Source: Deltaproteobacteria bacterium CSP1-8
Lineage (GTDB): Bacteria; Desulfobacterota; Deferrimicrobia; Deferrimicrobiales; Deferrimicrobiaceae
NCBI GenBank assembly: GCA_001443455.1
Contig: LDXO01000002.1
Span: 25,865 to 89,864 of the forward strand
DNA: 64,000 bases
Reading direction: 5' to 3'
A program made the position numbers and the translations under genes. The notes beneath the pieces are model-generated. The model did not search any database. It was given only the letters and a program-made list of their open reading frames with translations, and was not told where the DNA came from. Within the stretch, counting starts at the first letter, position 1. The number at the start of each line of letters is the position of its first letter. Below are positions 1-11,867 of the stretch, one piece after another.

Positions 1-82
1 CCGCCGCGTCTCGGGTCCCCGGAGGCAGGCAACTACCCCCGCAGGAGTCCCCGCCCGCGATATGCGATAATGTTCTTCATCC

Positions 83-1444
83 ATGAAGCGTAGCACCGGG
101 AATACGCGCGAACGCGCCGCTGGCACGAACCGGCAGGACAGGGCCGGAGTGCGGGTCGATTCCGTGGCCAGAGGTTCCGTCGCGGAGCGCGCCGGAATTG
201 TTGCGGGGGACCGGATCCTCTTCGTCGCGGGAGAGCCCGTCGGCGATCTCCTCGATCTGCACTTCCTGACCAGCCGGAGGCGGTTCCGCCTCCGGTGGGC
301 GACGGCGCGGGGGGAGGAGAAAGAGTCGGTGATCCGCACGGGAGGAGATCCCCTCGGGGCCTTTCCCGAACCGGTCCGGGTCCGGCGGTGCCGGAACCGG
401 TGCATCTTCTGCTTCGTCCACCAGCTGCCGAAGGGGATGCGCAGGAGCCTCTACGTCAAGGACGAGGACGTCCGGCTATCCTTTTTGCACGGACAATATG
501 TGACATTCTCCGACATTTCCGAAGAGGAGATCCGGAAGATTCTGCGCTACCGCCTGTCCCCCCTGTACGTCTCCATCCACACGACCGACCCCGTTCTGCG
601 CAGGCGGATGCTCGGCAATCCCCACGCGGCCGACGTCATGGAAGTCATGCGCCGGTTCGTTTCCGCAGGCATCCTTCTCCACGGCCAGATCGTCGTGTGC
701 CCGGGGATCAACGACGGGGAGGAGCTTGCGCAGTCGCTCAACGCGCTTTCCGAGATTCGGCCCGGGCTATCCACCGTCGCCGTGGTGCCGGTGGGGCTTA
801 CCTCCCACCGGCATGGGCTTCCCCCCTTGCGCGCGGTCACCCGCGACGAGGCGAGGGCGACGCTTGCCATGCTCGTGCGGCTGCGCCGCCGCCTGGGGGA
901 CCGGGAGGGGGAACCCTTCGCCGTGGCCGCCGACGAATATTACCTGATGGCGGGGGAACAAATCCCCGGGCGCCGCGCGTACGGATCGTTCGCGCAGATC
1001 GGCAACGGGGTGGGATTGCTGCGGAACTTTTTGGACGACTCGCGCGCGCTCTTCCGGCGGAAGAGGTGGAAGAAGGCGGATGCGGGGGGCACGGTGGTCA
1101 GCGGCCGCTCTCCCCGCGCCTACGTTTCTGATTTCTTGAAGGAATTCTCCCGAAGGGCGGGAGCGCCGTTCGTCCACCTGCCGGTTACGAACCGTCTCAT
1201 GGGAAAAAGCGTGACGGTGACAGGGCTTCTCGCGGGGGAGGATATCCTGTCCGCCTTGAAAGGGAAAAGGGTTTCGCGGATCTATATCCCCTCCGTGTGC
1301 CTCCGGGACGCGGGAGACCTCTTCCTTGACAATCTGTCCCCCGAAGAGATCGCCCGGGAGACGGGGGGCGCGGTGCACCTCTTCGACCCGACGCCTGCCG
1401 GGTTCTACGAAACGGTCTGCAACGTTACTATATCTATATTATAA
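83..1444 (+). CDS. PDZ-domain / radical-SAM-like DUF512 family protein
   Basis: 453-aa ORF. N-terminal PDZ-like 'VDSVARGSVAERAGIVAGDRILFVAG' is followed by the Cys motif 'CRNRCIFCFVHQLPKG' typical of DUF512 proteins. Confidence 0.7.
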   Translation: MKRSTGNTRERAAGTNRQDRAGVRVDSVARGSVAERAGIVAGDRILFVAGEPVGDLLDLHFLTSRRRFRLRWATARGEEKESVIRTGGDPLGAFPEPVRVRRCRNRCIFCFVHQLPKGMRRSLYVKDEDVRLSFLHGQYVTFSDISEEEIRKILRYRLSPLYVSIHTTDPVLRRRMLGNPHAADVMEVMRRFVSAGILLHGQIVVCPGINDGEELAQSLNALSEIRPGLSTVAVVPVGLTSHRHGLPPLRAVTRDEARATLAMLVRLRRRLGDREGEPFAVAADEYYLMAGEQIPGRRAYGSFAQIGNGVGLLRNFLDDSRALFRRKRWKKADAGGTVVSGRSPRAYVSDFLKEFSRRAGAPFVHLPVTNRLMGKSVTVTGLLAGEDILSALKGKRVSRIYIPSVCLRDAGDLFLDNLSPEEIARETGGAVHLFDPTPAGFYETVCNVTISIL

Positions 1445-1494
1445 TTGACATTTTGGGGGTTGTTCGCTGACAATAATATGCTCTATGGTCTTGA

Positions 1495-1571
1495 GGGCGA
1501 TTAGCTCAGATGGTTAGAGTACCTGCTTGACATGCAGGGGGTCACTGGTTCAAGTCCAGTATCGCCCACCA
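1495..1571 (+). tRNA. tRNA-Val (anticodon GAC)
   Basis: Cloverleaf read by eye: acceptor GGGCGAT/ATCGCCC, anticodon stem CCTGC/GCAGG with loop TTGACAT, T-loop TTCAAGT, encoded CCA. Confidence 0.9.
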
Positions 1572-1663
1572 TTTTCTTTTCCCTGCCCGGTGGAACCCTT
1601 TTTTAGCCATCGCGCCTGGGTACCTGTGGGCGGGGAATTTTTTGCTTTCCGGGAACGGATACG

Positions 1664-3514
<1,851 letters not shown>

Positions 3515-3525
3515 AGGAGGGAGCC

Positions 3526-4161
3526 ATCGCCAAGGAATCGAGAATCAACGAACAGATCCGCGTTCCCCGGGTTCGCCTGGTAGGGGCCGACGGAGAGCAA
3601 CTGGGAATCGTCCCCACCGAGGAAGCGATGCAGAGGGCGAGAAGCCTCGACCTCGATCTCGTCGAGGTGGCGCCGAACGCGGATCCGCCCGTGTGCCGGG
3701 TCATGGATTACGGCAAGTTCAAGTACATGCAGAGCAAGCGGGAGCAGGAAGCACGCAAGAAGCAGACCGTCATCCACGTCAAGGAGATCAAGGTCAGGCC
3801 CAAGACCGACGAGCACGACCTGAACGTGAAGATCCGGCACATCCGGAGGTTCCTCGAGGAGGGGGACAAGGTGAAGGTGACGGTGCGTTTCCGGGGTCGG
3901 GAAATGTCCTACGCGTCGCAGAGCGGGTTCGAGATGCTGAAAGCGATCGTGGCGGCGGTCGCCGACCTCTCCCGGATCGAAAGCCCTCCGAAGATGGAGG
4001 GGCGGACGATGATGACGATCGTCGCTCCGAACGCGCAGAAGCGAAAACCGGAAAAACCAGGCAAATCCGAGAAATCCGACACGTCCAAGAAACCCGAGGG
4101 GAAACCCCCCCAGCGGGCGGAAAAGAAGCCGGCCGCGGCGGGGAAACAGGAGGAACGGTAA
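3526..4161 (+). CDS. infC: translation initiation factor IF-3, probable AUC start
   Basis: IF-3 homology ('RINEQIRVPRVRLVGADGEQLGIV', 'PPVCRVMDYGKFKY') begins 34 codons upstream of the first ATG (3628). An in-frame ATC at 3526 lies 4-5 nt after the AAGGAGG Shine-Dalgarno. There is a Lys-rich C-terminal tail. Confidence 0.85.
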   Translation: MAKESRINEQIRVPRVRLVGADGEQLGIVPTEEAMQRARSLDLDLVEVAPNADPPVCRVMDYGKFKYMQSKREQEARKKQTVIHVKEIKVRPKTDEHDLNVKIRHIRRFLEEGDKVKVTVRFRGREMSYASQSGFEMLKAIVAAVADLSRIESPPKMEGRTMMTIVAPNAQKRKPEKPGKSEKSDTSKKPEGKPPQRAEKKPAAAGKQEER

Positions 4162-4358
4162 TGCCGAAAATGAAGAGCAATCGCGGTGCGTCGAAACGGT
4201 TCTCCGCGACAGGAAGAGGCGGTATCCGGCGGGCCAAGACGGGAAAGAGCCACATCCTGACCGGAAAGACGAGAAAGCGGAAACGGAACCTGAAGAAGTC
4301 CGCGCTGGTGAACCCGGCCAACGAAAAATCCATTCGGCGCCTGCTGCCGTACCTCTAG
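4161..4358 (+). CDS. rpmI: 50S ribosomal protein L35
   Basis: 'MPKMKSNRGASKRFSATGRGGIRRAKTGKSHILTGK'. The ATG overlaps the infC TAA (TAATG). Confidence 0.95.
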   Translation: MPKMKSNRGASKRFSATGRGGIRRAKTGKSHILTGKTRKRKRNLKKSALVNPANEKSIRRLLPYL

Positions 4359-4385
4359 CCCGCGGGAATACGAGGGAGAGAAGCC

Positions 4386-4742
4386 ATGCCACGCGTAAAA
4401 AGAGCGGTACATTCGCACAAGAAACGCCGCAAAGTTCTCAAGGCCGCGAAGGGATTCCGGGGCGGCCACGGGCGCCTGCTCCGTTCCGCCAAGGAGGCCG
4501 TCGCCCGCGCCCTGCAGTTCGCATACCGCGACCGGCGCACGAAGAAGCGCGAGTTCCGGGCGCTCTGGATCACCCGGGTAAACGCCGCCGCGCGAGAGAA
4601 CGGGCTCTCGTACAGCCAGTTCATCTTCGGGCTCAAGAAAGCCGGCGTCGAGATCGACCGGAAGGTCCTCGCGGACCTGGCCGTCAGCGACGCGAAAGGG
4701 TTCCGCGCCTTGGCCGACTCCGCCAAGGCCGCCCTCGGATAG
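4386..4742 (+). CDS. rplT: 50S ribosomal protein L20
   Basis: '[26 protein letters not shown]...' over 118 aa. Confidence 0.95.
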   Translation: MPRVKRAVHSHKKRRKVLKAAKGFRGGHGRLLRSAKEAVARALQFAYRDRRTKKREFRALWITRVNAAARENGLSYSQFIFGLKKAGVEIDRKVLADLAVSDAKGFRALADSAKAALG

Positions 4743-4759
4743 GGAAGGCGGTCAGGCAT

Positions 4760-5794
4760 TTGCCCGGCACGACCGAACAGATCGCGCTCCTCGCCGAGGA
4801 AGGCCTGCGGGCGATCTCCTCCGCGAAGACGGAGAGCGATCTCCTCGACGCCAAGGGCCGCTATTTCGGGAAGAAGGGAGCCATCTCCGAATTCCTGAAA
4901 GGCGTCGCCTCCTTGGCCCTGGAGGAACGAAAGAGGGTCGGCGCCGCGGCAAACGAGGCGAGGACGAATCTCGAGGCGGCCTTTGCCCGGCGGCTCGAGG
5001 AGATCCGGGAGAAGGAGAGAAGGGCGCGCGAGGGATTCGATCGGGTAGACGTGACCCTTCCCGGCCGCGCCCCCGCCATCGGCCACCGCCACCCCATCTC
5101 CCGGACCCTGACGGAGATCATCGCCATCTTCCAGCGCCTCGGATTCTCGGTCCGCGGGGGGCCCGAGATCGAGAAGGACTACTACAACTTCGAGGCGCTC
5201 AACATCCCGAAAGACCACCCGGCGAGGGACATGCAGGACACGTTCTACATCGACTGGCCGGGCGGTGACCTCGTGCTGCGGACGCACACGTCCCCGATCC
5301 AGATAAGGACGATGGAGACGATGAGCCCGCCCGTGCGCGTGATCGCCCCGGGAGCGGTGTACCGTTGCGATTCCGACGTGACCCACAGCCCGATGTTCCA
5401 CCAGGTCGAGGGGTTCGCCGTCGACCGGAGCATCACGATGGCGGATCTCAAGGGGTTGCTGACCGAGTTCTGCCGGATGATGTTCGGCGAAGGCAAACCG
5501 CTTCGCTTCCGGCCGAGTTTCTTCCCGTTCACCGAGCCGTCGGCGGAAGTCGATATCCGCTGCGTCAACTGCGGCGGCTCCGGCTGCCGCGTATGCAAGG
5601 ACTCCGGGTGGCTCGAGATCCTCGGCTGCGGGATGATCGATCCCGCCGTCTACGGGTTCGTCGGGTACGACCCGGAGGAATACACGGGATTCGCCTTCGG
5701 GATGGGCGTGGAGCGCATCGCCATGCTGCGGCATGGAATCAGCGACATCCGCCTCTTTTTCGAAAACGACCTCCGATTCCTTTCGCAGTTCTGA
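4760..5794 (+). CDS. pheS: phenylalanyl-tRNA synthetase alpha subunit
   Basis: 344 aa with a TTG start. Class II motifs are present: 'HPARDMQDTFY', 'LRTHTSPIQIR', 'GFAFGMGVERIAMLRHGI'. Confidence 0.95.
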   Translation: MPGTTEQIALLAEEGLRAISSAKTESDLLDAKGRYFGKKGAISEFLKGVASLALEERKRVGAAANEARTNLEAAFARRLEEIREKERRAREGFDRVDVTLPGRAPAIGHRHPISRTLTEIIAIFQRLGFSVRGGPEIEKDYYNFEALNIPKDHPARDMQDTFYIDWPGGDLVLRTHTSPIQIRTMETMSPPVRVIAPGAVYRCDSDVTHSPMFHQVEGFAVDRSITMADLKGLLTEFCRMMFGEGKPLRFRPSFFPFTEPSAEVDIRCVNCGGSGCRVCKDSGWLEILGCGMIDPAVYGFVGYDPEEYTGFAFGMGVERIAMLRHGISDIRLFFENDLRFLSQF

Positions 5795-5826
5795 ACGCCG
5801 ACCGTCGACCGGTTACGAGGACGAAC

Positions 5827-8232
5827 GTGAAAGTGCCCTGTTCCTGGCTCCGAGAGTTCGTCGATACGCGCCTCTCTCCCCGGGAGATCCAAGACGCCCT
5901 CACGATGGCCGGCGTGGAGGTCTCCTCCTGCCGGTACCTCGGGGAGGGGATGGAAGACGTGGTGGTGGCGCGGATCCTCGACATGGGGCCCCATCCGAGC
6001 GCGGAAAAACTTTCCCTTTGCCGTGTCACGGATGGCAGGGGGGAGTACCGCATCGTCTGCGGCGCGAGGAACATGGCAGCCGGGGACGTGGTGGCCCTCG
6101 CGCGGGTCGGCGCGAAGCTTCCCAACGGCGTGCAGATCGGGAAGGCGAAAATCCGCGGGCAGGTCTCGGAAGGGATGCTCTGCTCGGAGCAGGAGCTCGG
6201 TATGGCGGAGGAGTCCCCCGGGATCCTGATACTCCCCCCCGAAACGGAAGTGGGCACCCCGCTCGCGCCTGCGATCGGCATGGCCGACTGGCTCCTTACC
6301 GTCGAGATCACCCCCAACCGGGGGGATTGCCTGAGCGTGCAAGGCGTGGCCCGGGAGGTCGCCGCGATCACCGGGGAGAAGGTCGTCCTCCCGGAGGCGG
6401 CAATCGCCGGGACCGGACTGCCCATCGGGGAGATCGCCTCCGTGATGGTGACGGACACGGATCTGTGCCCGCGCTATTCCGCCCGCGTCATCACGGACGT
6501 CACGATCGCCCCCTCGCCTCTCCCCATCCAGCGCCGCCTCGCCCTGTGCGGAGTCCGCCCGATCAACAACATCGTGGACCTCACCAACTACCTGCTCCTC
6601 GAACTTGGCCAGCCGATGCACGCCTTCGACCTCGACCGTCTCGCCTTGCACCGCATCGACGTGAGGAAATCGGGGATTGCCCGACGGTTCACGACGCTGG
6701 ATGGCACGGCCCGGGAAATTCTGCCCGGGATGCTGCTCATCTGGGACGGGGAGGGTCCCGTGGCGGTGGCCGGGGTGATGGGAGGGGAGAACACCGAGGT
6801 GCTCCCGACGACCAGGAGGGTTCTGTTCGAAAGCGCGCATTTCTCGCCTGCTTCCATCCGGGTGACGGGGAGGCGCCTCGGGTTGTCCACCGAGTCCTCC
6901 TACCGTTTCGAGCGGGGCGTGGACCCTTCCGGCACGATGTACGCCGTCGACCGCGCCATCCATCTGCTGGCCGGCTGGTCCGGTTTCACGATCGCCACGG
7001 GGTCGTTCGACATCGGGGGAGACCGGGAGTATCGGAGGGTGGTGCCGTTTCGACCCGCCCGGGCGGAACGGGTCATCGGGCGGAAGTATTCCGACCGGGA
7101 GTGCGCCGAGGTCCTCGCGCGCCTCGGATTTTCCGTGGCGGAGGGCGCGGAAGGGAAGTGGAAGGTCACCGTTCCCGCCCACCGGTTCGACATCGAACGG
7201 GAGATCGACCTGGTCGAGGAGCTTGCCCGGCTCTCCGGATACGACACGATCCCGACCACGTACCCGGAATCGGGTGCGCCCGAGTTTTCCCCGGACGACC
7301 GGTTCGTCGCGGAAGTGGAGAGAGCGTCCGAATTTCTGCGCATGGGGGGCTTTTCCCAGGCGATCAACTTCTCCTTCGTCTCCGGGAAGGAGTGGGAAAA
7401 GCACGCCTCCCTGCTGGGATTCCAACCTTCCGATGCGATCATGCTTGCCAACCCGATTTCCGAGGACACCACGATGATGCGGCCCCACCTGTTGATGGGG
7501 CTTTTGCACAACGTGGAGGGGGGCATCCGGCGCTTCCAGGACGATCTATGGATATTCGAAGCAGGAAAGGCGTTCGGAAAATCCCTTGTAGAGGGGCATT
7601 TCGAAGAGCCCCGCCTCGCATTCGTGATGTACGGCCGCAGGATGGCCGGCAACTGGAGCGGCGGCAGCGCCCCGGTCGATTTCTACGATGCCAAGGGGGT
7701 CGCCGAGTCGATTCTGCTCCTGCTGGGTTGCGAGCCGTTCCACTTCATGCCGGCGGTCTCCCGGCCCTTTCTCGATCCGGGGAAATCGTCGGAAATAGGG
7801 AAGGACGGGGCCGTGATCGGCTGGGTGGGCGCTGTCCGGCGGGAGTTGTTATCCGCGCTGGAAATCCCCGGGGCGGCCTATTACGGGGAGATCCGGATCC
7901 AGGCGGCGCTTTCCTTCCCCCGGACGCCACAATTCCGGGCGATTCCCCGGTATCCGCCGGCAACCCGGGATTTTGCCTGCATTTTCCCCGTAAGCGTGCC
8001 GGTGGGCGACGTGCTGGCCATGGTCCGGGAACTCACCCCCGAGATCCGCGATACGGAGGTTTTCGACGTATTTACGGGGGAGAAGATCGGAGCCGGGAGG
8101 AAAAGTGTTGCATTCCGGGTGCGGATCCAGGCGGAAGACAGAACCTTGACGGACGCCGATGTCCATAGTATACATACCAAGATAGTAAATCTATTGGAGA
8201 ATCGGTTCGGCGGGAAGATTCGCACTTCGTAA
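5827..8232 (+). CDS. pheT: phenylalanyl-tRNA synthetase beta subunit
   Basis: GTG start giving 'VKVPCSWLREFVD...'. It has the tRNA-binding OB domain, B3/4, B5 and FDX-ACB-like C terminus. The longer ORF from 5365 overlaps pheS and is rejected. Confidence 0.93.
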   Translation: MKVPCSWLREFVDTRLSPREIQDALTMAGVEVSSCRYLGEGMEDVVVARILDMGPHPSAEKLSLCRVTDGRGEYRIVCGARNMAAGDVVALARVGAKLPNGVQIGKAKIRGQVSEGMLCSEQELGMAEESPGILILPPETEVGTPLAPAIGMADWLLTVEITPNRGDCLSVQGVAREVAAITGEKVVLPEAAIAGTGLPIGEIASVMVTDTDLCPRYSARVITDVTIAPSPLPIQRRLALCGVRPINNIVDLTNYLLLELGQPMHAFDLDRLALHRIDVRKSGIARRFTTLDGTAREILPGMLLIWDGEGPVAVAGVMGGENTEVLPTTRRVLFESAHFSPASIRVTGRRLGLSTESSYRFERGVDPSGTMYAVDRAIHLLAGWSGFTIATGSFDIGGDREYRRVVPFRPARAERVIGRKYSDRECAEVLARLGFSVAEGAEGKWKVTVPAHRFDIEREIDLVEELARLSGYDTIPTTYPESGAPEFSPDDRFVAEVERASEFLRMGGFSQAINFSFVSGKEWEKHASLLGFQPSDAIMLANPISEDTTMMRPHLLMGLLHNVEGGIRRFQDDLWIFEAGKAFGKSLVEGHFEEPRLAFVMYGRRMAGNWSGGSAPVDFYDAKGVAESILLLLGCEPFHFMPAVSRPFLDPGKSSEIGKDGAVIGWVGAVRRELLSALEIPGAAYYGEIRIQAALSFPRTPQFRAIPRYPPATRDFACIFPVSVPVGDVLAMVRELTPEIRDTEVFDVFTGEKIGAGRKSVAFRVRIQAEDRTLTDADVHSIHTKIVNLLENRFGGKIRTS

Positions 8233-8255
8233 TTCCTACCAGAAGGGGGGACGCG

Positions 8256-8543
8256 ATGACGAAGGCTGACCTGGTGGAGATCGTGTACGAGAAAGTAGGC
8301 GGCCTCTCGAAGAAAGAGTCGCAGGATATCGTCGAGACAATCTTCGATACGATGAAGGATATCCTGAAAAACGGGGAAAAGATCAAGATCTCCGGTTTCG
8401 GAAACTTCATCCTGCGGGACAAGCGTCCGCGGAAGGGGAGAAATCCCCAGACCGGCGACGACATCCAGATCACGGCGCGCCGCGTGCTCACCTTTCGGCC
8501 CAGCCAGATTCTGAAGGCGCACATCAACGAAGAGAACCCGTAG
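8256..8543 (+). CDS. ihfA: integration host factor alpha subunit (HU/IHF family)
   Basis: '[41 protein letters not shown]'. It sits directly after pheST, as himA does in E. coli. Confidence 0.85.
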   Translation: MTKADLVEIVYEKVGGLSKKESQDIVETIFDTMKDILKNGEKIKISGFGNFILRDKRPRKGRNPQTGDDIQITARRVLTFRPSQILKAHINEENP

Positions 8544-8562
8544 GCGGTTTCCGGGGGCAGGT

Positions 8563-8919
8563 GTGGCAGTTCCCGAAATCCCGGACAAGTTCTACTTTAA
8601 AATCGGAGAGGTAAGTTCTCTTCTGGGCGTGAAGCCTTACGTGGTCCGGTTCTGGGAGACCGAGTTCGAGCTGGCCCCGGCGAAGAACCGTTCCAAGCAC
8701 CGCGTCTACAAGAGACATGAAGTCGAGACCCTCCTGGAGATCAAACGTCTTCTCTACGAGGAGAGGTTCACGATCGAGGGGGCGCAGAAGAAGCTGAAGG
8801 GACGGATGAAGGATAAAAGCAAACAGCTCGGTTTGAACCTGCACGAGAAAAAACACAAGGCTGTTCTCCAGAAGGTGAAGAAAGATCTCGAGAAGATCCG
8901 GGAGATGCTGAAGCATTGA
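8563..8919 (+). CDS. MerR-family transcriptional regulator
   Basis: N-terminal MerR HTH '[25 protein letters not shown]' followed by a coiled-coil tail. Confidence 0.8.
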   Translation: MAVPEIPDKFYFKIGEVSSLLGVKPYVVRFWETEFELAPAKNRSKHRVYKRHEVETLLEIKRLLYEERFTIEGAQKKLKGRMKDKSKQLGLNLHEKKHKAVLQKVKKDLEKIREMLKH

Positions 8920-8974
8920 ACCGGCCCGGCGGCAAAAGCACCGCACCCGGCAATTCCCGCGCTCCGGTCCGCCC

Positions 8975-9349
8975 ATGAATCCCAAAGGCACCAGCGGTCC
9001 CTGGCCCGGGGAGCGGGGGGATCGCCCGTGGGGCTTCTATCTCGTCCTTTACGAGGAGAAAGGATGCAAGGTCAAGCGGTTCCTCGTGCGCCCCGGGAAG
9101 CGTCTGAGCCTGCAAAGGCACCGGCATCGCGCCGAGCACTGGCATCTCGTGCGGGGCGAAGCCCTTGTCAACCGGGACGGGGAAGAGATCCGAATGGAGG
9201 CGGGGCAATCCCTCGACATCCCGCGGGGAGCCGTCCACCGGATCGAGAATGTCGGGCGGGAGGACGTGGTCGTCATCGAGGTCCAGACGGGGCCGTATTT
9301 GGGGGAAGACGACATCGAGCGCCTGGAAGACGACTTCGGGCGGTCTTAA
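8975..9349 (+). CDS. stand-alone cupin (mannose-6-phosphate isomerase type II C-terminal-like domain)
   Basis: 'WGFYLVL...[32 protein letters not shown]...[13 protein letters not shown]' cupin motifs. At 124 aa it has no nucleotidyltransferase domain. Confidence 0.7.
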   Translation: MNPKGTSGPWPGERGDRPWGFYLVLYEEKGCKVKRFLVRPGKRLSLQRHRHRAEHWHLVRGEALVNRDGEEIRMEAGQSLDIPRGAVHRIENVGREDVVVIEVQTGPYLGEDDIERLEDDFGRS

Positions 9350-9413
9350 GGACGCTATTTCCCGGATTCGCCGTGACAAGGATGACGGAAACGGCTATCA
9401 TAGGACATTCGGG

Positions 9414-9491
<78 letters not shown>

Positions 9492-9501
9492 TTAAAATCA
9501 A

Positions 9502-9533
9502 GGGGTTGCGGGTTTTCCCGCAGCCCTTTTTTT
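9502..9533. terminator. rho-independent terminator hairpin after tRNA-Pro (possibly bidirectional)
   Basis: GGGTTGCGGG-TTTT-CCCGCAGCCC (10-bp stem) followed by a T7 tract. An A-rich run lies on the other side, facing the convergent toxin gene. Confidence 0.6.
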
Positions 9534-9588
9534 GCGCTCAGGCCTCATTTGGGACTGGAGTGCAACCCTTAGATTGGACAGCTTCCCC

Positions 9589-9861
9589 TTATCCGAACAA
9601 GTCCGCGTGCGTTCCTGTACGCTCGAAGATGATGACGCCAGGTTCGATTTTGTAGATAAGCAGCCAGTCCGGTTCGACGTGACACTCCCTTCGCCCCACG
9701 TAGTTTCCGACAAGCGGATGATTGCGATGCTTCGCTTCGAGCGGTTCCTCGTTCGCAAGCTTTCGCATGACGCTCCGGAGTTTCTCCATGTCCTTTCCAC
9801 GCCGCTTCATGAGCTTGTAGTCCCGCTTGAACTGCGCAACCCGCCGCGGAATCAGCGTCAC
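9589..9861 (-). CDS. yafQ: type II toxin, YafQ/RelE-family mRNA interferase
   Basis: 90 aa. 'HPLVGNYVGRRECHVEPDWLLIYKIEPGVIIFERTGTHADLFG' closely parallels the E. coli YafQ C terminus. Confidence 0.8.
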   Translation of the reverse strand: MTLIPRRVAQFKRDYKLMKRRGKDMEKLRSVMRKLANEEPLEAKHRNHPLVGNYVGRRECHVEPDWLLIYKIEPGVIIFERTGTHADLFG

Positions 9862-10124
9862 GATTCAAGTTCCTCGAACATCTCTTCGATGCTCTTGTAG
9901 GTCTTGAGGTCCTCGCCCCGGTCGGTCTTCGCGAACGTCTCGCGGGTAACTGCGTTCGGGATCTCCACGGCGAATGGCAGCCCCTTGTGGAGCCGAACCT
10001 GCGCGTAGAATAGATTGATCGCCTCGGAACTTGAAATCCCGAGCTTCCGGAAGACCCGCTCCGCGTCCGCCTTGAGCTTCGGTTCCGTTCGCGCCCTGAT
10101 CGTCGCCGTCTTCATCCTTTTCAC
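9858..10124 (-). CDS. dinJ: type II antitoxin, DinJ/RelB family
   Basis: 88 aa with a ribbon-helix-helix-like N terminus 'TATIRARTEPKLKADAERVFRKLGISSSEAINLF'. A 4-nt ATGA overlap links it to the toxin gene. Confidence 0.8.
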   Translation of the reverse strand: MKRMKTATIRARTEPKLKADAERVFRKLGISSSEAINLFYAQVRLHKGLPFAVEIPNAVTRETFAKTDRGEDLKTYKSIEEMFEELES

Positions 10125-10344
10125 CTCTCCCGTATTTCTAACGATACTGTACCCCGTGCGGGGAACACGGTCAAGGGTCTGTTATAAAATGAACAGCCAT
10201 TCATCCCGGGGGACCGATTGGGAACCGGTGAAAACCATCTACCCCGTTTTTTGCGTCCATCCTGCTAAAATGTGTTATCATACCTTTCCAAGGAAATCAA
10301 ATAGCTATGCGTTTTCAATATTTTACGAAAACCCCTCGAAAGAA

Positions 10345-10391
10345 ATGGGGTGCAAGGGGTCGCTGGTTCAAGTCCAGTCGCCCCGAACATT
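10345..10391 (+). repeat. direct repeat copy 2 (orphan tRNA-Pro 3' half), att-like
   Basis: 46/47 identical to 9447-9493. No tRNA 5' half precedes it. surE starts 27 nt downstream. Confidence 0.8.
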
Positions 10392-10417
10392 TCCTTTCCT
10401 GACAGCGTCGGCAAAAC

Positions 10418-11176
10418 GTGAGCAATCCGTCCCCCCTCATCCTGGTGTGCAACGACGACGGATTCCGGTCCGAGGGGATCATGGCGCTCACGGAGGCGCT
10501 CCGCCCCCTGGGCTCGGTCACCGTGGTCGCGCCGGATCGCGAACGGAGCGCGGCGGGACATTCCCTCACGCTGACGCAACCGCTTCGGGTCGAAAAGGTC
10601 GGGCCCAGGGTATACGCCGTCGACGGGACGCCGACAGATTGCGTGAACCTCGCCGTGAACGGAATTCTCAGGAAGAGAAAGATCGACCTCCTCGTGTCCG
10701 GCATCAACAAGGGCGGGAACATGGGGGATGACATCACCTACTCGGGCACCGTCTCTGCGGCGATGGAGGGCACCCTCCTGGGGATCCGGTCGATCGCCGT
10801 CTCCCTGGTATCGCGGAACCACTTCCGGTTCGACGTGGCGGCGGAATTCACCGCCAAGGTCGCGCGCAAGGTGCTGCGACAGGGGCTTCCGAAGGACACG
10901 CTTTTGAACGTGAACCTTCCCAACATCCCGGCGGGCGAGATCCGGGGAGTGAGGATCACGCGCCAGGGGAAACGCATCTACGGCGAGGCGGTCGTGGAGA
11001 AGCGCGATCCGCGCGGAAGGAAGTATTTCTGGATCGGCGGCGATTCCCTCCGGAGGGAGGACATCCCCGGCTCGGACCTGGAGGCCGTCGAGCAGAACTA
11101 CATCTCGATCACGCCGATCCATCTCGACCTGACCAATTACTCGTCGCTGCGAACCCTCAAGAGATGGAAGTGGTGA
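10418..11176 (+). CDS. surE: 5'/3'-nucleotidase SurE
   Basis: 'LILVCNDDGFRSEGIMAL...VVAPDRERSAAGHSLT'. The surE-pcm-nlpD order matches enterobacteria. Confidence 0.93.
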   Translation: MSNPSPLILVCNDDGFRSEGIMALTEALRPLGSVTVVAPDRERSAAGHSLTLTQPLRVEKVGPRVYAVDGTPTDCVNLAVNGILRKRKIDLLVSGINKGGNMGDDITYSGTVSAAMEGTLLGIRSIAVSLVSRNHFRFDVAAEFTAKVARKVLRQGLPKDTLLNVNLPNIPAGEIRGVRITRQGKRIYGEAVVEKRDPRGRKYFWIGGDSLRREDIPGSDLEAVEQNYISITPIHLDLTNYSSLRTLKRWKW

Positions 11177-11189
11177 GGGATTTTTCGCC

Positions 11190-11867
11190 TTGCGCTGGCG
11201 GAAACCGAAAGACGATTCTTCCGAGGAGTTCTTCTCCCGGAAACGGGCTGCCATGGTGGAGGAGCAGCTTGCGGCAAGGCGCATCCGGGACCAGCGGCTT
11301 CTCACGGTCATGGGGGATCTTCCCCGCCACCGGTTTGTCCCTCCCGAGCTTGCCTCCCGGGCCTACGAGGACGGTCCGCTCCCCATCGGGGAGGGTCAGA
11401 CCATATCGCAGCCGTATATCGTGGCCGAGATGACCGAAGCGCTTCGGCTCGTGGGGGACGAGAAGGTGCTCGAGATCGGAACCGGGTCGGGCTACCAGAC
11501 GGCGATCCTCTGCCGGATGTCGGCGGAGGTTGTCACCGTGGAGAGGCTGGAATCGCTTTCCCGGGCGGCCCAGGCGATCCTTGCGTCCCTCGGGATCGAC
11601 AACGTCCGGTTTCGCGTGGGCGACGGCACCTTGGGATCCCCGGAAGACGCTCCGTTCGACCGGGTGATTGTCACGGCTGCGGCGCCGGACGTTCCGGAAC
11701 CTGTCTTCGCGCAGATGCGGGAGGGCGGCATCATGGTGATCCCGATCGGGGGCCGGTGGGAGCAGGACCTCGTGAGCGTCCGCAAGGAAAAGGGGGAGCC
11801 CCGCAGGGAATATCTCGGGGGTTGCCGGTTCGTCCCGCTTCTGGGGGAGCGCGGATTCCCTGCATGA
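11190..11867 (+). CDS. pcm: protein-L-isoaspartate O-methyltransferase
   Basis: '[17 protein letters not shown]...[15 protein letters not shown]'. The TTG start at 11190 is uncertain, and an ATG at 11253 is an alternative. Confidence 0.9.
   Translation: MRWRKPKDDSSEEFFSRKRAAMVEEQLAARRIRDQRLLTVMGDLPRHRFVPPELASRAYEDGPLPIGEGQTISQPYIVAEMTEALRLVGDEKVLEIGTGSGYQTAILCRMSAEVVTVERLESLSRAAQAILASLGIDNVRFRVGDGTLGSPEDAPFDRVIVTAAAPDVPEPVFAQMREGGIMVIPIGGRWEQDLVSVRKEKGEPRREYLGGCRFVPLLGERGFPA

Larger units (their letters stand above)
9492..10391. mobile_element. remnant tRNA-Pro-associated islet (toxin-antitoxin cargo only, no integrase)
   Basis: The segment is bounded by the 47-bp tRNA-Pro 3'-half duplication. 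Its interior is visibly lower in GC than the flanks and holds only the terminator and yafQ-dinJ. Confidence 0.5.

Noticed and set aside
1572-1663. A possible regulatory leader upstream of thrS (T-box, or an operator mimicking the tRNA-Thr anticodon arm).
   Set aside because: I could not find a specifier/T-box sequence or a convincing anticodon-like hairpin by eye in the 90-nt gap. The weak stem followed by a T-run may just terminate tRNA-Val.
5365-5826. A 154-codon N-terminal extension of pheT in the ORF track (ORF 5365-8232).
   Set aside because: It overlaps the pheS coding region in another frame and has no PheT homology. The conserved PheT N terminus 'VKVPCSWLREF' starts at GTG 5827.
8975-9349. 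The cupin ORF considered as a bona fide mannose-6-phosphate isomerase / GDP-mannose pyrophosphorylase.
   Set aside because: Only the 124-aa C-terminal cupin domain is present. No nucleotidyltransferase domain exists, so the function is left open.
10015-10731. A 238-aa plus-strand ORF spanning the TA promoter region, the orphan tRNA-Pro half and the surE 5' end.
   Set aside because: It has no homology, crosses a tRNA-derived repeat and overlaps surE out of frame.
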